The translations under genes and the position numbers were made by a program. A model generated the notes under the pieces. The model was not told the origin of the DNA. It saw only the letters and a program-made list of their open reading frames with translations, and ran no database searches. Below are positions 9,166 through 21,246 of a stretch of 64,000 nt of DNA, piece by piece (the first letter of the stretch is position 1; every line of letters begins with the position of its first letter). This DNA is from Methanocaldococcus indicus (lineage in GTDB: Archaea > AGJL01 > Methanococci > Methanococcales > Methanocaldococcaceae), in assembly GCF_049554935.1 (NCBI RefSeq), contig NZ_CP186926.1, positions 1,024,001 through 1,088,000 on the forward strand. Reading direction: 5' to 3'.

Positions 9166-10872
9166 TTAATATCTAACCTCTAAAATACCCCTATCCCACT
9201 CTAAATAATGGCCTATATCACCAACTTTTGATAAATCAATTATTGGAACAATTGCAGGAGTTGGAGAAATTCCCATCCTCTTCTGGAAATCTGTCTGTTC
9301 TTGGAAAGTTCCACTATTAACTAATACTACTCCTCTATAAATATCATATCCATTTATATGAATATGCCCAGTATGTAAAATATCAATATCTCTATCAATA
9401 ACTAAATAATCTTTATGTTCTGGAGCTATTGGGCATCTACCACCATAAGTAGGACATAATAATCTTCTTTTAATTAGTTCTCTCATAATTGTTGCAGGAT
9501 TTTCATAACTTGCTGTTTTTATTTGACTGACTAAGTCATCAAAACTCCTACCATGATACAGTAATGTGTCAAAACCATGTATATTTAAACAGCAAGGATT
9601 TCCTACAAAATACATATTGTCTCTGTTGAACAACTTTATTATATCATCTGGTAATCTTGGTTGAGGTTCAGCAGGTCTAACAGCATCGTGGTTTCCAGGA
9701 GATATGATAATAGATATATGCTCTGGAATTTGTTCTAAATATAATGCTATCTCTTCATACTGAGATAGAATATCTATCTCATATAAATCTTCCTCTTGTC
9801 CAGGATATACTCCAACTCCATCAACTAAATCTCCTGCAATACAGATATACTTCAATCTACTAACAACTTTTTCCTCTAAACAGTCATTTACATCTCCATT
9901 TAATAGTTTTATGAGTTTTTCAAATTCTCTATGTAAAAATTCTTTACTTCCAATGTGGATATCTGATAAAAACATCATATATATTTGTTCATTAATCTTT
10001 TTTGGTGGTTTTGGAGTAATAGAAGGTCTAATTATTTTATCAACAATAATCATATTATTGTTAGATACCTTTCCAATAGCTCCTATAACCTCATCTAATA
10101 AGATATCATCAGGAATATCTTTATTGTCTATTTTTTCTTTTGGAATTAAAAGAGTAGCTTCATCTTTAGTATCTTCTATTTTAACTCTTAAATGTCCTGT
10201 TTTTGTATAACTAACCTCTGAAACAATGCCAACAACAAAAATATCATCATAGCCCTTATATTTGTTTATTTTATCTAAGTCAATTGGTTTTCTATTTGCT
10301 TTTTTAATAATAAATTTTTTTAATCTTTCATATCTATCTTTAAAATATTCAATAAAATCCTCAATTGTCCCTGTACATGTTGATTTCCCTGTTACATCAG
10401 AATCTTCATAAATCTCTATTTTTTCTTCTATATCTTTTGCTATCCAGTTTATTCTGCTATTTACACTTTCCTTAATTTTTGAGATATATGAAAATCTTCT
10501 TTTTCTATCTTCTAAGTACTTGTTCTTATCCTCTATTTTCTTATCTTTATCTACTTTATTTAGCTCTTCAATCTTTTTTATTATTTCTTCTTCATTAATT
10601 TTTTTCTCTTTCTCTATTTTTTCTTCTTTTTTATCTTCTTCTCCTGTATAGTATTTGATAAAGTCAAAATCTTTATAATTCTCTATGATGTCCTCTAAAC
10701 TTTCAGTTAAAAAAATATCTAAAAACTTCTTGTCTAAGAGTATAAATCTTTTGTTATATTTTTTAAATTCTTTAATTTTGTTTATTAAATCCACTATCTT
10801 ATTGTAATTCTTTAAAAATTCATAAACCTCTGGGGATAATAAAACCTCTAACTCTAAAAATCTCTCTATCAT
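9166..10872 (-). CDS. polB: DNA polymerase D small subunit DP1 (proofreading exonuclease)
   Basis: Calcineurin-like motifs SDIHIG, GDLVDG, PGNHD, YHG, GHIH; OB-fold region. Confidence 0.96.
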   Translation of the reverse strand: MIERFLELEVLLSPEVYEFLKNYNKIVDLINKIKEFKKYNKRFILLDKKFLDIFLTESLEDIIENYKDFDFIKYYTGEEDKKEEKIEKEKKINEEEIIKKIEELNKVDKDKKIEDKNKYLEDRKRRFSYISKIKESVNSRINWIAKDIEEKIEIYEDSDVTGKSTCTGTIEDFIEYFKDRYERLKKFIIKKANRKPIDLDKINKYKGYDDIFVVGIVSEVSYTKTGHLRVKIEDTKDEATLLIPKEKIDNKDIPDDILLDEVIGAIGKVSNNNMIIVDKIIRPSITPKPPKKINEQIYMMFLSDIHIGSKEFLHREFEKLIKLLNGDVNDCLEEKVVSRLKYICIAGDLVDGVGVYPGQEEDLYEIDILSQYEEIALYLEQIPEHISIIISPGNHDAVRPAEPQPRLPDDIIKLFNRDNMYFVGNPCCLNIHGFDTLLYHGRSFDDLVSQIKTASYENPATIMRELIKRRLLCPTYGGRCPIAPEHKDYLVIDRDIDILHTGHIHINGYDIYRGVVLVNSGTFQEQTDFQKRMGISPTPAIVPIIDLSKVGDIGHYLEWDRGILEVRY

Positions 10873-10898
10873 AGCAATCATCAAAAAAGTAAAATTAA

Positions 10899-11828
10899 TT
10901 AGAATCTTCTAATATTTGGATTTATTAAATTTCTTTCAATATTCCATATTTCATTTAAAACATTAGAACTTAAATTACATCTAATAAATGGAGAGTTGCA
11001 ACTTATTGCTAAGTGTGCAATAGTTGAATTATTACCCTCAAATATTGGAGATAGTCCTTTATCTGATATGTAGTTTGAGTAATAGCATAAATCTGTTAAG
11101 CTGCCAATATCATAAGGATTTACTTTAACAAAATCTACATCCTCATACACTTCATTTGTACAAATAAACCCATCAAAATCTAATGTTTCATCAACTTCTA
11201 AATAATCTACTAATGATAAGTCCTTATCTTTTAAAATATCTTTCTTACCACTTATTCCTAAAAGAACATCTAAATCTTCATCCTCTTTTAGTTCATCAAT
11301 ATACTCTCTAATTTTTGGTAGTTCTTCAAAAACATCATTACATCTATATGCTCCATCTAAGCATAAATCTCCATAATCTTTTAATTTATTTATAATCTTT
11401 TGATAAAACTCTATAATTTCCTCAACTGATTCAGCGTTTATAATTGGAAATATTTCAATATTATTTTTGTCTTTTAAAATAGCTGATGCAACAGTTGGTA
11501 AGTCAATGGTTATGGCTCCTCCTAAGAATTTGTAAAAAGGTATATCCAAAGCATTTGCAGCAGCTCTTCCTATACTAATAGAGACTCCCATACAAACACT
11601 TGGAGAAAGATTTAAGCTTGATACAACAGAATCAATAAACTCAATATCTAATGGTGAGTAACCAATAACCTCAGGAGATACTATATTTTCAATCTCAGAG
11701 ATGACATCAGAGTTAGCAGATATAACATCATATCCAATAGATATGTTTGTTATAGTTGTAATCATTATTTTTTTTTCAAGATTTTTAAAAATCTCTTTTG
11801 CAGAGATTCTCTCAATAACAATACTCAA
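10899..11828 (-). CDS. Enolase-like protein (shortened, probably non-catalytic)
   Basis: Enolase-like N-terminus (GVSISIGRAAANALDIPFYKFLGG); 309 aa; located directly after rpoK. Confidence 0.7.
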   Translation of the reverse strand: MSIVIERISAKEIFKNLEKKIMITTITNISIGYDVISANSDVISEIENIVSPEVIGYSPLDIEFIDSVVSSLNLSPSVCMGVSISIGRAAANALDIPFYKFLGGAITIDLPTVASAILKDKNNIEIFPIINAESVEEIIEFYQKIINKLKDYGDLCLDGAYRCNDVFEELPKIREYIDELKEDEDLDVLLGISGKKDILKDKDLSLVDYLEVDETLDFDGFICTNEVYEDVDFVKVNPYDIGSLTDLCYYSNYISDKGLSPIFEGNNSTIAHLAISCNSPFIRCNLSSNVLNEIWNIERNLINPNIRRF

Positions 11829-11830
11829 AA

Positions 11831-12010
11831 TTATCCCTCTATTTTTCTTCTTCTAATAGGTTTTAATGGTGCTTTTTTTTCTTCCAATTCTTTAAAAGCT
11901 ATTTTTAAAGCACTATCTTTAACATCTACTAAGGCATAAGCTCCTTCTGATATTTGTAGGCTTCTTGCTCCTAATATTCTTGCTACCTCAAATTTTGTTA
12001 ATTTTTCCAT
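11831..12010 (-). CDS. rpoK: RNA polymerase subunit K (Rpo6)
   Basis: MEKLTKFEVARILGARSLQISEGA...; 59 aa, below ORF-track cutoff. Confidence 0.95.
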   Translation of the reverse strand: MEKLTKFEVARILGARSLQISEGAYALVDVKDSALKIAFKELEEKKAPLKPIRRRKIEG

Positions 12011-12045
12011 AAATTTCCCTCACATAAATTATTAAATATTTTAAA

Positions 12046-12122
12046 TGGTGGGGCCGCCGGGACTTGAACCCGGGTCGCACGCCCCCCAAGCGCACAGGAT
12101 AACCAGGCTACCCCACGGCCCC
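12046..12122 (-). tRNA. tRNA-Pro(GGG)
   Basis: GGGGCCGTGGGGTAGCCTGG...TGCGC-TTGGGGG-GCGTG...GGTTCAAGTCC...CGGCCCCACCA; CCA encoded. Confidence 0.97.
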
Positions 12123-12343
12123 TATAAGAATGTTTCATCATGAGCTATTAATTCATCAATAATCTCTTTACCATCTTTACTAATTCTATAAGATATAAAC
12201 ATTCTTCTACAACAATACTTTTTAATTCCTAAATCATCTAAAATATCTTTTGGATTTTCTCCATTTAATAATCTTCTTTTATATTCTTCAAAAACCTCAG
12301 AGATAACATTTCCACAAGAAAAGCATCTAATTGGGAACATCAT
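12122..12343 (-). CDS. rpoN: RNA polymerase subunit N (Rpo10)
   Basis: PIRCFSCG...YCCRRM. Confidence 0.97.
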   Translation of the reverse strand: MMFPIRCFSCGNVISEVFEEYKRRLLNGENPKDILDDLGIKKYCCRRMFISYRISKDGKEIIDELIAHDETFL

Positions 12344-12432
12344 ATTTAGCTCACCTTTTTTTAATTATTACTTAACTCCAAATAATTATATATAGTTAAA
12401 AAAGAAATAATAATTCAGTAAAATAAAATAAT

Positions 12433-12843
12433 TTATCTGTAAGATTTTTGTCTTTTTGCTCTTGGACCTTTTGTAGATCTACTTGGTTTGTGTGGTTCTG
12501 TTCTTCTTGCATCACTAACTAACAATGTTCTATCATAAGCTAAGAATTTATCTCTTAACTCTTTACTTCCTGTAAATTCAACAATTGCTTTACCTATTGC
12601 TGTTCTTGCAGCATCCATTTGTCCCATTACTCCTCCGCCTTTAACTGTAACATCTATATCAATTTGACTAATAATTTCCTCTCCAGCTAATAAAATTGGC
12701 TCCATTAACTTCATTCTTTTATATTTAGGTTCTATTAACTCAATAGGGACTTTGTTTATTCTTATTCTACCTTTTCCTTCTCTTGCCACAGCTCTTGCAA
12801 TTGCTCTTTTTCTTTTCCCAACTGTTAGAACTACCTTACTCAT
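12433..12843 (-). CDS. rps9: 30S ribosomal protein S9 (uS9)
   Basis: [10 protein letters not shown]...[11 protein letters not shown]. Confidence 0.97.
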   Translation of the reverse strand: MSKVVLTVGKRKRAIARAVAREGKGRIRINKVPIELIEPKYKRMKLMEPILLAGEEIISQIDIDVTVKGGGVMGQMDAARTAIGKAIVEFTGSKELRDKFLAYDRTLLVSDARRTEPHKPSRSTKGPRAKRQKSYR

Positions 12844-12857
12844 AATATAATCACCTT

Positions 12858-13298
12858 TTAGAATTTAGCTCCCAAGTGTTTGCTAACTTCTCCTAATGTA
12901 ATATATTTGTTGGTTGTTAGTTCTTTTATGTAAGGTGTGTTTTCTTTTTCTGTTCCTAAACCTTCATCTGCTTGCAAATTCAAAGGATTTCCAACATATA
13001 CCTTAACTCTTTTAAAAGCTTCTCTTCCTTTAGCTTTTTTGTAAGGTAACATTTTTCTAATTGTTCTTCTTAATATATCATCTGGTCTTCTTGGGAATTT
13101 GGGACCAAATCTTCTTGGATTAGCTACGTTTTTCTTCTCTCTTTCTTCTCTATATTTTTCTAAAATCCACTCTCTATTTCCTGTTATAATAACTTTCTCA
13201 GCATTAATAATAGTTATTTCTTCTCCTCTTAAAACTCTTTTAGCAACTTCTGAAGCTAATCTTCCTAATATTGCCTTTTCAGCATTTATAACTGTCAT
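12858..13298 (-). CDS. rpl13: 50S ribosomal protein L13 (uL13)
   Basis: [11 protein letters not shown]...RRTIRKMLP. Confidence 0.97.
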   Translation of the reverse strand: MTVINAEKAILGRLASEVAKRVLRGEEITIINAEKVIITGNREWILEKYREEREKKNVANPRRFGPKFPRRPDDILRRTIRKMLPYKKAKGREAFKRVKVYVGNPLNLQADEGLGTEKENTPYIKELTTNKYITLGEVSKHLGAKF

Positions 13299-13314
13299 AA
13301 GTGTTTCACCTTAT

Positions 13315-13680
13315 TTAACCTATTATCTTAACATTTGAACCTTTTGGATTTCTTTTTATTAACTCTTCTATTGATATAGCTTCCCCACCAGCTTCTTTAA
13401 TTAATCTTCTTGCTTTTTCTGTGAAGGCATAAGCAGCTACTACTACTTTTTTCTCTAATTTTCCAGCTCCTAAAACTTTTCCAGGAACTACAACAACATC
13501 TCCATCTTCAGTATATCTATTAATTCTACTAATATTTACTTCTATTCTTTTTCTTCTTGGTTTATCTAATTTCTCAGCTACTGCTCTCCAAATTTTTGCA
13601 TCATTTTTATGACTTTCAATTTTGAGTGTTTTAATTGTTTCTACTAATTTTGAATTTGTAGCTTTTGTTCTTATTTTCAT
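13315..13680 (-). CDS. rpl18e: 50S ribosomal protein L18e
   Basis: VNISRINR...[10 protein letters not shown]...[11 protein letters not shown]. Confidence 0.96.
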   Translation of the reverse strand: MKIRTKATNSKLVETIKTLKIESHKNDAKIWRAVAEKLDKPRRKRIEVNISRINRYTEDGDVVVVPGKVLGAGKLEKKVVVAAYAFTEKARRLIKEAGGEAISIEELIKRNPKGSNVKIIG

Positions 13681-13691
13681 TTCATCCACCT

Positions 13692-14261
13692 TTATAGTGT
13701 TTCAATTTGGTTTAATAAATCCAAAGCTTTATTTTTTAAAATTTTTACAGCCTCTTCTAATATTTCTTCACCACTCATTTGCCCAAATGTTTCAACTAAA
13801 AACTCTACTTCATCATCAGATAGTTGTTTATATACAGCATTACATGGTTGCCATTTTGCATGAACCTTACCAATTCCTGGAATTGCTTCACACTCAATAT
13901 CAACTTTTTGCCCTTTACCTAATTTAATTATTGGAATGTTTTTAAAAGCTACTTCTCCATTCTCAGATACTAAATCTTTTGAGTATAATGTGCAAGGCCC
14001 TTCTCCTTTTAATTTAAAAATAATAACTTCTTCATCAGAAGTAGGTTTTCCCTTTATAGGGATAAGTCCTAATCTATGAGCTAAAATTTCATCATCCATA
14101 GATGAAGAATTTTCATAAATATAAACATTTTCAATAGCATAGGTAGGAACTTCAGAAATCATAATTCTTCTAATAGCATTAGAAAAAGATAGGGGAGCTT
14201 TCATCCTAAAAATAAATTGCTCCCCAATTCTTGTTTGTTTTTTTTCTTTAATTGTAAGCAA
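13692..14261 (-). CDS. rpoD: RNA polymerase subunit D (Rpo3)
   Basis: [30 protein letters not shown]; TTG start. Confidence 0.97.
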   Translation of the reverse strand: MLTIKEKKQTRIGEQFIFRMKAPLSFSNAIRRIMISEVPTYAIENVYIYENSSSMDDEILAHRLGLIPIKGKPTSDEEVIIFKLKGEGPCTLYSKDLVSENGEVAFKNIPIIKLGKGQKVDIECEAIPGIGKVHAKWQPCNAVYKQLSDDEVEFLVETFGQMSGEEILEEAVKILKNKALDLLNQIETL

Positions 14262-14272
14262 ATAGCTTCACC

Positions 14273-14659
14273 TTATTTTTTGTAGGCCTTCTTTGGAGTA
14301 GTACCATCATGAGGAATTGGTGTAACATCCTCAATTCTTCCAATTCTTAAACCTGCTCTTGCTAATGCTCTAATAGCTGCCTGAGCTCCAGGACCAGGAT
14401 TTTTTTGACCACTTCCTCCTGGAGCTCTAACTTTTATATGTATGTTTGTTACTCCTCTCTCTTTTAATATTTCAGCTAATTTAAAAGCTGCCTGCATAGC
14501 TGCATAAGGAGAACCTTCATCTCTCTGATTTCTTGTAACCATTCCACCAGATATTCTGGCTATTGTTTCAGCTCCTGTTATATCTGTTGCATGAATAATT
14601 GTGTTGTTGTAGGATGAATATATATGAACAATTCCCCATTTTTCTTTTTTTTCAGCCAT
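14273..14659 (-). CDS. rps11: 30S ribosomal protein S11 (uS11)
   Basis: [33 protein letters not shown]. Confidence 0.98.
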   Translation of the reverse strand: MAEKKEKWGIVHIYSSYNNTIIHATDITGAETIARISGGMVTRNQRDEGSPYAAMQAAFKLAEILKERGVTNIHIKVRAPGGSGQKNPGPGAQAAIRALARAGLRIGRIEDVTPIPHDGTTPKKAYKK

Positions 14660-14671
14660 TGTTACACCTTT

Positions 14672-15217
14672 TTATTCTTGTGTTTCTTCCAATCCTATAA
14701 TTTTAGCTCTTTCAGGATGGTCATTGTTGTTAAATGGTGAGTTTTTTGCATAAGTTATTTTATCTTCTTCCTCAACTTTAACCATATAACTTGGGACAGT
14801 TACAACTCTTCCATTAACTGCTATATGCCCATGTATTATCAATTGTCTTGCTTGTCTTGGAGTTCTTGCTAATCCTTTTCTAAATACAAATGTTTGTAAT
14901 CTTCTATCTAAGATATCTTCAACAGTTAGAGATAAGACATCATCTAATGTTGGATTATCTTTAATTAATATCCCATACTTTCTTAAAACATCAAATAACT
15001 GTTTCTCTTCAATTAATGCTTGTTCTGACCTATCTCCAATTAATCTTCTTGCTTGTCTTCTATATTTTCTTAATATTGTTTCAGCTTTCCAAACTTCTCT
15101 TTTTCTTCTTAAACCATACTTTCTACATAATTCTTTTTCTCTTTCAATTCTTTCTTTAATCCATGGATGATTAGGTGTTTCATACTTCTTTTTATATCTT
15201 CTTCTTGGGTCTCCCAT
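14672..15217 (-). CDS. rps4: 30S ribosomal protein S4 (uS4)
   Basis: MGDP...RRLQT...[10 protein letters not shown]. Confidence 0.98.
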   Translation of the reverse strand: MGDPRRRYKKKYETPNHPWIKERIEREKELCRKYGLRRKREVWKAETILRKYRRQARRLIGDRSEQALIEEKQLFDVLRKYGILIKDNPTLDDVLSLTVEDILDRRLQTFVFRKGLARTPRQARQLIIHGHIAVNGRVVTVPSYMVKVEEEDKITYAKNSPFNNNDHPERAKIIGLEETQE

Positions 15218-15226
15218 TTAATCACC

Positions 15227-15691
15227 TTATTTCTTTCTTCTTGATACTCCAACAGTTGGACCTCTTCTGAATGTACTTTTTGTTCTTTGTCCTCTACATG
15301 GTAATCCTAATTCGTGTCTTATACCTCTATAACATTTAATTCTCTTCAATCTGTTAATATCTTCTTGTTTAACTATCATTAAGTCAGATTCAATAACGTG
15401 TTTATCTTCTCCAGTTACATAATCTTTTCTTCTATTAAACATCCATGAAGGAATTCCAAAATTAGCTGGATTTTGTAAAACTTCTTCTATTTTTTTTACT
15501 TCTTCTTCTGTTAAATAACCAGCTAATTTGTTAGGGTCTATGTTTGTAACTCTTACAATAGCTCTTGCCATTGCTTCTCCAACACCATAAATGTCTTGGA
15601 GAGCCATTATTATCTTCTTGTTACCATCAACATCTGTTCTTGAGATTCTAAGTAAATATTTAAACTCATTGTTATTTTGAGTTTCAGCCAA
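15227..15691 (-). CDS. rps13: 30S ribosomal protein S13 (uS13)
   Basis: YRGIRHELGLPCRGQRTKS; TTG start. Confidence 0.98.
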   Translation of the reverse strand: MAETQNNNEFKYLLRISRTDVDGNKKIIMALQDIYGVGEAMARAIVRVTNIDPNKLAGYLTEEEVKKIEEVLQNPANFGIPSWMFNRRKDYVTGEDKHVIESDLMIVKQEDINRLKRIKCYRGIRHELGLPCRGQRTKSTFRRGPTVGVSRRKK

Positions 15692-15756
15692 GTTAATCCC
15701 TCCAGATTTACCTTATTTTAACGTGTTTGAATTAAATAATATAATAAAAAAATAAG

Positions 15757-15845
15757 TGGCGCGGAGGGGGGGATTTGAACCCCCGCGGGGCAAAGCCCCA
15801 TGGGATCTCCAGTCCCACGCCGTAGCCGGGCTTGGCTACCTCCGC
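15757..15845 (-). tRNA. tRNA-Ser(GGA)
   Basis: GCGGAGGTAGCCAAGCCCGG...TGGGA-CTGGAGA-TCCCA, long variable arm GGGGCTTTGCCCC, ends GCCA. Confidence 0.97.
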
Positions 15846-15923
15846 ACTCTAAAAACAAAAAATAATAAAATAACTAATCTATATAAATTACTTTCGGTTT
15901 AATTTATTAAAATATTTGAAAAT

Positions 15924-16268
15924 TTATTGAGCAGATGGTTGCATAATACTTTGTAATTTTTCTTGGAACTCTTTTAATTTTTCTTTTAATTTTTCTTCTT
16001 GTTTAGATAAGGTTTTTAGTCTTAATTCTAATGTTTCTATTTTGTCTTTTAATTCTTTAATAATTTCATCTTTTTTTCTTTTTATAAACAATCCACCAAT
16101 CAGTATATAAACATATTCATAGTCACTTTTCTCTAATTCTTCTAATGCTTTTTGACTTTCTTTTAACTCAGTTTCTACACCTTGCTTTTGCATTAAAATC
16201 ATTTGTAATTGTTGTTGTAATTGTTGGAGTTGTAATAGTTGAGCTTGAATTTGTGGAGGAACACTCAT
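15924..16268 (-). CDS. pfdB: Prefoldin beta subunit
   Basis: PPQIQAQL Q-rich coiled coil, VY..IGGLFIK hairpin. Confidence 0.95.
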   Translation of the reverse strand: MSVPPQIQAQLLQLQQLQQQLQMILMQKQGVETELKESQKALEELEKSDYEYVYILIGGLFIKRKKDEIIKELKDKIETLELRLKTLSKQEEKLKEKLKEFQEKLQSIMQPSAQ

Positions 16269-16358
16269 AAAATCACCATATAGTTTTTTTGTAGATAATA
16301 TAAAAACATCTTATATATATAAATTTTCATTATAAAATTTGAATTGTTAAATGATGGA

Positions 16359-17090
16359 TTAAGTAATTAATTCAGAAAATCTATTGTAACACTCTAATGC
16401 ATCTTCAATTTTACCCAACTTTTCTAATGCTACTGCTTTTCCATACCATGCTTCTGGAATAAATGGATGATGTTCAATAACATAATCAAAACATTTTATA
16501 GCTTTTTCATATTCTCCTAATTTGTTGTATATTACCCCACTAAGTAAATATAATTTTGGGTCTTTAGGATTAATTTCTTTAGCTTCTTTAATGTATTTTT
16601 TAGCTTCAGATATTTTGCCTAAAATAAAATTAATCTCTATGAGATAATTAAGAACAGTATGATGCTTTGGATTTAAATTATAAGCTTTTTTAAATTGGTT
16701 TAGAGCATCTAAATATCTCCCTAATTTAAAATAAATTTTTCCAGAAAGAATAAGAGCATCTAAATTTTTTTCATAAATATCTAAACTTTTATTAATAAAA
16801 TTTAAAGCTTCATCAAATTTTCCAAGGTCATAATAAAGCTCACCAAGTTCATAATATACAAAGGGACACTTTTTTTGTTCTTTAATAATATTATTTAACA
16901 TATTAATAGCTTTATCATACTCACCAAATTTTTTTAATAGATAGTATAATATAGCTGATACTAATAAATCACAGGAGTCTTTTTCATAAATCTCTAATAA
17001 CATTTCTTTTGCTTTTTCTACTTCACCATTTCTTAAATATTCCAAAGCTTTAAATAACATATTGTAAATAACTAATTTCTTATCCGACAT
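16359..17090 (-). CDS. TPR repeat protein
   Basis: Multiple 34-aa TPR units (AWYGKAVALEKLGKIEDALECYN). Confidence 0.88.
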   Translation of the reverse strand: MSDKKLVIYNMLFKALEYLRNGEVEKAKEMLLEIYEKDSCDLLVSAILYYLLKKFGEYDKAINMLNNIIKEQKKCPFVYYELGELYYDLGKFDEALNFINKSLDIYEKNLDALILSGKIYFKLGRYLDALNQFKKAYNLNPKHHTVLNYLIEINFILGKISEAKKYIKEAKEINPKDPKLYLLSGVIYNKLGEYEKAIKCFDYVIEHHPFIPEAWYGKAVALEKLGKIEDALECYNRFSELIT

Positions 17091-17154
17091 AGTTCCACAC
17101 AAGGAGTTTTATTTTTGCTTTTCTAACCTATATGTCTTTTGACCATATAAATAA

Positions 17155-17793
<639 letters not shown>

Positions 17794-17818
17794 ATTTTAT
17801 AAATGAGAGTGAATATAA

Positions 17819-18880
17819 ATGATTACAATAGTATTAGGGACAAGACCAGAAATAATTAAACTTTCCCCTATAATTAGAGAATTGATGGACAAAGAAATTG
17901 ATTTTAGGATTATTCACACAAACCAACATTATTCAAAAAATATGGACAAAATTTTTTTTGAAGAGTTGAATTTACCAAAACCAGATTATAATTTAAATGT
18001 AGGCTCAGGAACACATGGAGAACAGACAGGAAAGATGATAATGAATATAGAAAAAGTTCTATTAAAAGAAAAACCAAACATAGTTATAGTTCAGGGAGAT
18101 ACAAATACAACACTTGCAGGGGCATTAGCAGCTTCAAAATTAAAAATAAAAGTGGCTCATGTTGAAGCAGGATTAAGAAGTTTTGATAGAAATATGCCTG
18201 AAGAAATAAATAGGGTTTTAACTGACCATATAAGTGACTATCTATTTGCTCCAACAGAAATAGCTAAAAATAACTTAATAAATGAAGGAATTAATGAAAA
18301 TAAGATATTTGTTGTAGGTAATACTATTGTTGATGCAACTTTACAAAATTTAACTATTGCTGAAGAAAAATATAAAATTGAGGATAAAGATTATTTCCTA
18401 TTAACTTTACATAGAGCTGAAAATGTAGATAACAAAAAAAGATTGCAAAATATTATAAATGGAATTAATGAAGTTATAGAAATATACAACAAAGAAATAA
18501 TTTTTCCAGTACATCCCAGAACTTTAAAAAGATTAAAAGAATTTAATTTATTAGATAAACTAAATAAGAATATTAACATTATTGACCCAATAGGTTATTT
18601 AAAATTTTTATTGTTAGAGAAGTATGCAAAATTAATTTTAACTGATAGTGGAGGAGTGCAAGAAGAAGCTTGTATTTTAAAAGTTCCATGTATAACTTTG
18701 AGAGACAATACCGAAAGACCTGAAACTGTTGAAGTTGGGGCTAATATGTTAGTTGGAGATAGTAAAGAAAAACTAATTAATTCAATTAATATAATGCTTA
18801 AAAAAGAAAAAAATTGGAAAAATCCTTTTGGTGATGGAAAATCTGCTAAAAAAATAATTAAAATATTATTAAGGTGTTAA
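17819..18880 (+). CDS. wecB: UDP-N-acetylglucosamine 2-epimerase
   Basis: GTRPEIIK, GDT, HVEAGLRS, TDSGGVQEEA. Confidence 0.96.
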   Translation: MITIVLGTRPEIIKLSPIIRELMDKEIDFRIIHTNQHYSKNMDKIFFEELNLPKPDYNLNVGSGTHGEQTGKMIMNIEKVLLKEKPNIVIVQGDTNTTLAGALAASKLKIKVAHVEAGLRSFDRNMPEEINRVLTDHISDYLFAPTEIAKNNLINEGINENKIFVVGNTIVDATLQNLTIAEEKYKIEDKDYFLLTLHRAENVDNKKRLQNIINGINEVIEIYNKEIIFPVHPRTLKRLKEFNLLDKLNKNINIIDPIGYLKFLLLEKYAKLILTDSGGVQEEACILKVPCITLRDNTERPETVEVGANMLVGDSKEKLINSINIMLKKEKNWKNPFGDGKSAKKIIKILLRC

Positions 18881-18883
18881 TTT

Positions 18884-19123
18884 ATGTGCTTAGCTGTCCC
18901 ATGTAAAGTAATTGAAATAATAGAGGAGAACAATGAGAGATATGCAATAGCTGAGTATAGAGGAGTAAAACAAAAAGCAAAATTAACACTGTTGGATGAT
19001 GTGAAAGTTGGAGACTATATCCTTATACATGCAGGTTATGCAATAGAAAAAATGAGTGAAGAAGATGCAAAATTAAGTTTAGAAGCTTGGAATGAACTAT
19101 ATAAAGCTTTAGAAGAAGAATAA
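18884..19123 (+). CDS. hypC: Hydrogenase maturation chaperone HypC
   Basis: MCLAVP...[12 protein letters not shown]. Confidence 0.96.
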   Translation: MCLAVPCKVIEIIEENNERYAIAEYRGVKQKAKLTLLDDVKVGDYILIHAGYAIEKMSEEDAKLSLEAWNELYKALEEE

Positions 19124-19164
19124 AAATAAAAAAATCAAGTCTTTTTTAACCAAACTATTTTAAT

Positions 19165-19353
19165 TTATTCTGGTTCAACTTTTACAGCTTTTGTTGGACA
19201 AACATCTTCACAAACTCCACAAAAAGTACATTCTTCTTCTCTTGCTACAACTACTTTATCTCCTTGAATTTCAAAAACTTCCATAGGACAGTTATTTACA
19301 CATTCTGCACAATCTGGACCTCTACATAAGTCATAGTTTATCTTTACAGCCAT
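19165..19353 (-). CDS. 2[4Fe-4S] ferredoxin
   Basis: CX4CXXCXXXCP and CXXCXXCXXXCP. Confidence 0.93.
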   Translation of the reverse strand: MAVKINYDLCRGPDCAECVNNCPMEVFEIQGDKVVVAREEECTFCGVCEDVCPTKAVKVEPE

Positions 19354-19565
19354 TATTATCACCTCATATTAAAAATTTAATATTAACTATATTACCAAAG
19401 TCATTTTATATATTTTTCTAACTTATAAAAATTAAGCATTTCGTTAATGAACTTAGTTTTACAATCACCACAAAATTTATATACCTCCTTATAAATTATT
19501 AAATCTAACATCTAACACACAAAATGTGTAATCAAATTCATAAAAAATATATTAGGTGAGTAAAT

Positions 19566-20852
19566 ATGGCAAAGCAAAAACCAGTATTAAACGTAGCATT
19601 TATAGGACACGTCGATGCTGGGAAATCTACAACAGTAGGAAGATTATTATACGACAGTGGAGCTATTGACCCACAGTTATTAGAAAAATTAAAAAGAGAA
19701 GCACAAGAAAGAGGTAAAGCAGGATTCGAATTTGCTTATGTTATGGACAACTTAAAAGAAGAAAGAGAAAGAGGAGTTACAATAGATGTAGCTCACAAAA
19801 AATTCGAAACCAAAAAATATGAGGTTACTATCGTAGATTGTCCAGGACACAGAGATTTCATTAAAAACATGATTACAGGGGCATCACAAGCAGATGCTGC
19901 TATATTAGTTGTTGATGTAAATGATGCTAAAACAGGAATTCAACCACAAACAAGAGAACACATGTTCTTAGCAAGAACATTAGGTATCAAACAAATAGCT
20001 GTCTGTATTAACAAAATGGATACTGTCAATTACAGCCAAGAAGAATACGAAAAAATGAAAAAAATGTTATCTGAACAGTTATTAAAAGTTTTAGGATACA
20101 ACCCAGACCAAATTGACTTTATTCCAACTGCATCATTAAAAGGAGACAACGTTGTTAAAAGATCCGAAAATATGCCATGGTACAAAGGACCAACATTAGT
20201 AGAAGCAATTGACAAATTCCAACCACCAGAAAAACCAGTTAATTTACCATTAAGAATACCAATTCAAGATGTATATTCCATTACTGGAGTTGGTACTGTC
20301 CCAGTTGGTAGAGTAGAAACAGGTATTTTAAGACCTGGAGACAAAGTTGTCTTTGAACCAGCTGGTGTAAGTGGAGAAGTTAAATCTATTGAAATGCACC
20401 ACGAACAAATCCCACAAGCAGAACCTGGAGACAACATAGGATTTAACGTTAGAGGAGTTAGTAAGAAAGATATAAAAAGAGGAGACGTTTGTGGTCACCC
20501 AGACAATCCACCAACAGTTGCAGATGAATTTACAGCACAATTAGTTGTCTTACAACACCCAACTGCTATAACAGTTGGTTACACACCGGTCTTCCACGCA
20601 CACACAGCACAAGTTGCTTGTACATTTATTGAATTATTAAAGAAATTAGACCCAAGAACAGGGCAAGTTATTGAAGAAAATCCACAATTCTTAAAAACTG
20701 GAGATGCTGCAATAGTTAGAATAAAACCAACAAAACCAATGGTTATTGAAAACGTTAGAGAAATACCACAATTAGGAAGATTCGCTGTTAGAGATATGGG
20801 TATGACAATTGCTGCTGGAATGGCAATAGATGTCAAACCTAAAAACAAATAA
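19566..20852 (+). CDS. tuf: Elongation factor 1-alpha
   Basis: [18 protein letters not shown]; strong codon bias. Confidence 0.99.
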   Translation: MAKQKPVLNVAFIGHVDAGKSTTVGRLLYDSGAIDPQLLEKLKREAQERGKAGFEFAYVMDNLKEERERGVTIDVAHKKFETKKYEVTIVDCPGHRDFIKNMITGASQADAAILVVDVNDAKTGIQPQTREHMFLARTLGIKQIAVCINKMDTVNYSQEEYEKMKKMLSEQLLKVLGYNPDQIDFIPTASLKGDNVVKRSENMPWYKGPTLVEAIDKFQPPEKPVNLPLRIPIQDVYSITGVGTVPVGRVETGILRPGDKVVFEPAGVSGEVKSIEMHHEQIPQAEPGDNIGFNVRGVSKKDIKRGDVCGHPDNPPTVADEFTAQLVVLQHPTAITVGYTPVFHAHTAQVACTFIELLKKLDPRTGQVIEENPQFLKTGDAAIVRIKPTKPMVIENVREIPQLGRFAVRDMGMTIAAGMAIDVKPKNK

Positions 20853-20918
20853 ATTCTTTTAATTTTTTTATTTTTTAATTTTCAAGATTAATATATTAAA
20901 ATAAATTATGGTGATAGG

Positions 20919-21221
20919 ATGAGAAAAGCAAAAATAAAATTGACAAGTACAGACCATGTTATATTAGATGAAGTTTGTAGGCAAATAAAGGAAATAGCAG
21001 AGAAGACAGGAGTTGATATCTCTGGACCTATCCCATTACCAACAAAAAAATTAAAAGTTACTGTTAGAAGAAGTCCAGATGGAGAAGGTTCATCAACATT
21101 TGATAGATACACATTAACAATTCATAAAAGATTAATATATATAGATGCAGATGATAGAGCTTTAAGACACATAACAAGAATTAGAATTCCAGATGGAGTA
21201 CAAATAGAGATACAAATCTAA
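20919..21221 (+). CDS. rps10: 30S ribosomal protein S10 (uS10)
   Basis: GPIPLPT...RSPDGEGS...HKRLI. Confidence 0.97.
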   Translation: MRKAKIKLTSTDHVILDEVCRQIKEIAEKTGVDISGPIPLPTKKLKVTVRRSPDGEGSSTFDRYTLTIHKRLIYIDADDRALRHITRIRIPDGVQIEIQI

Positions 21222-21246
21222 TTTTAAAATCTAAATAATCATAAGC

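Noticed and set aside
16200-16245. Gln-codon repeats in prefoldin beta
   Set aside because: Normal Q-rich coiled coil of this family
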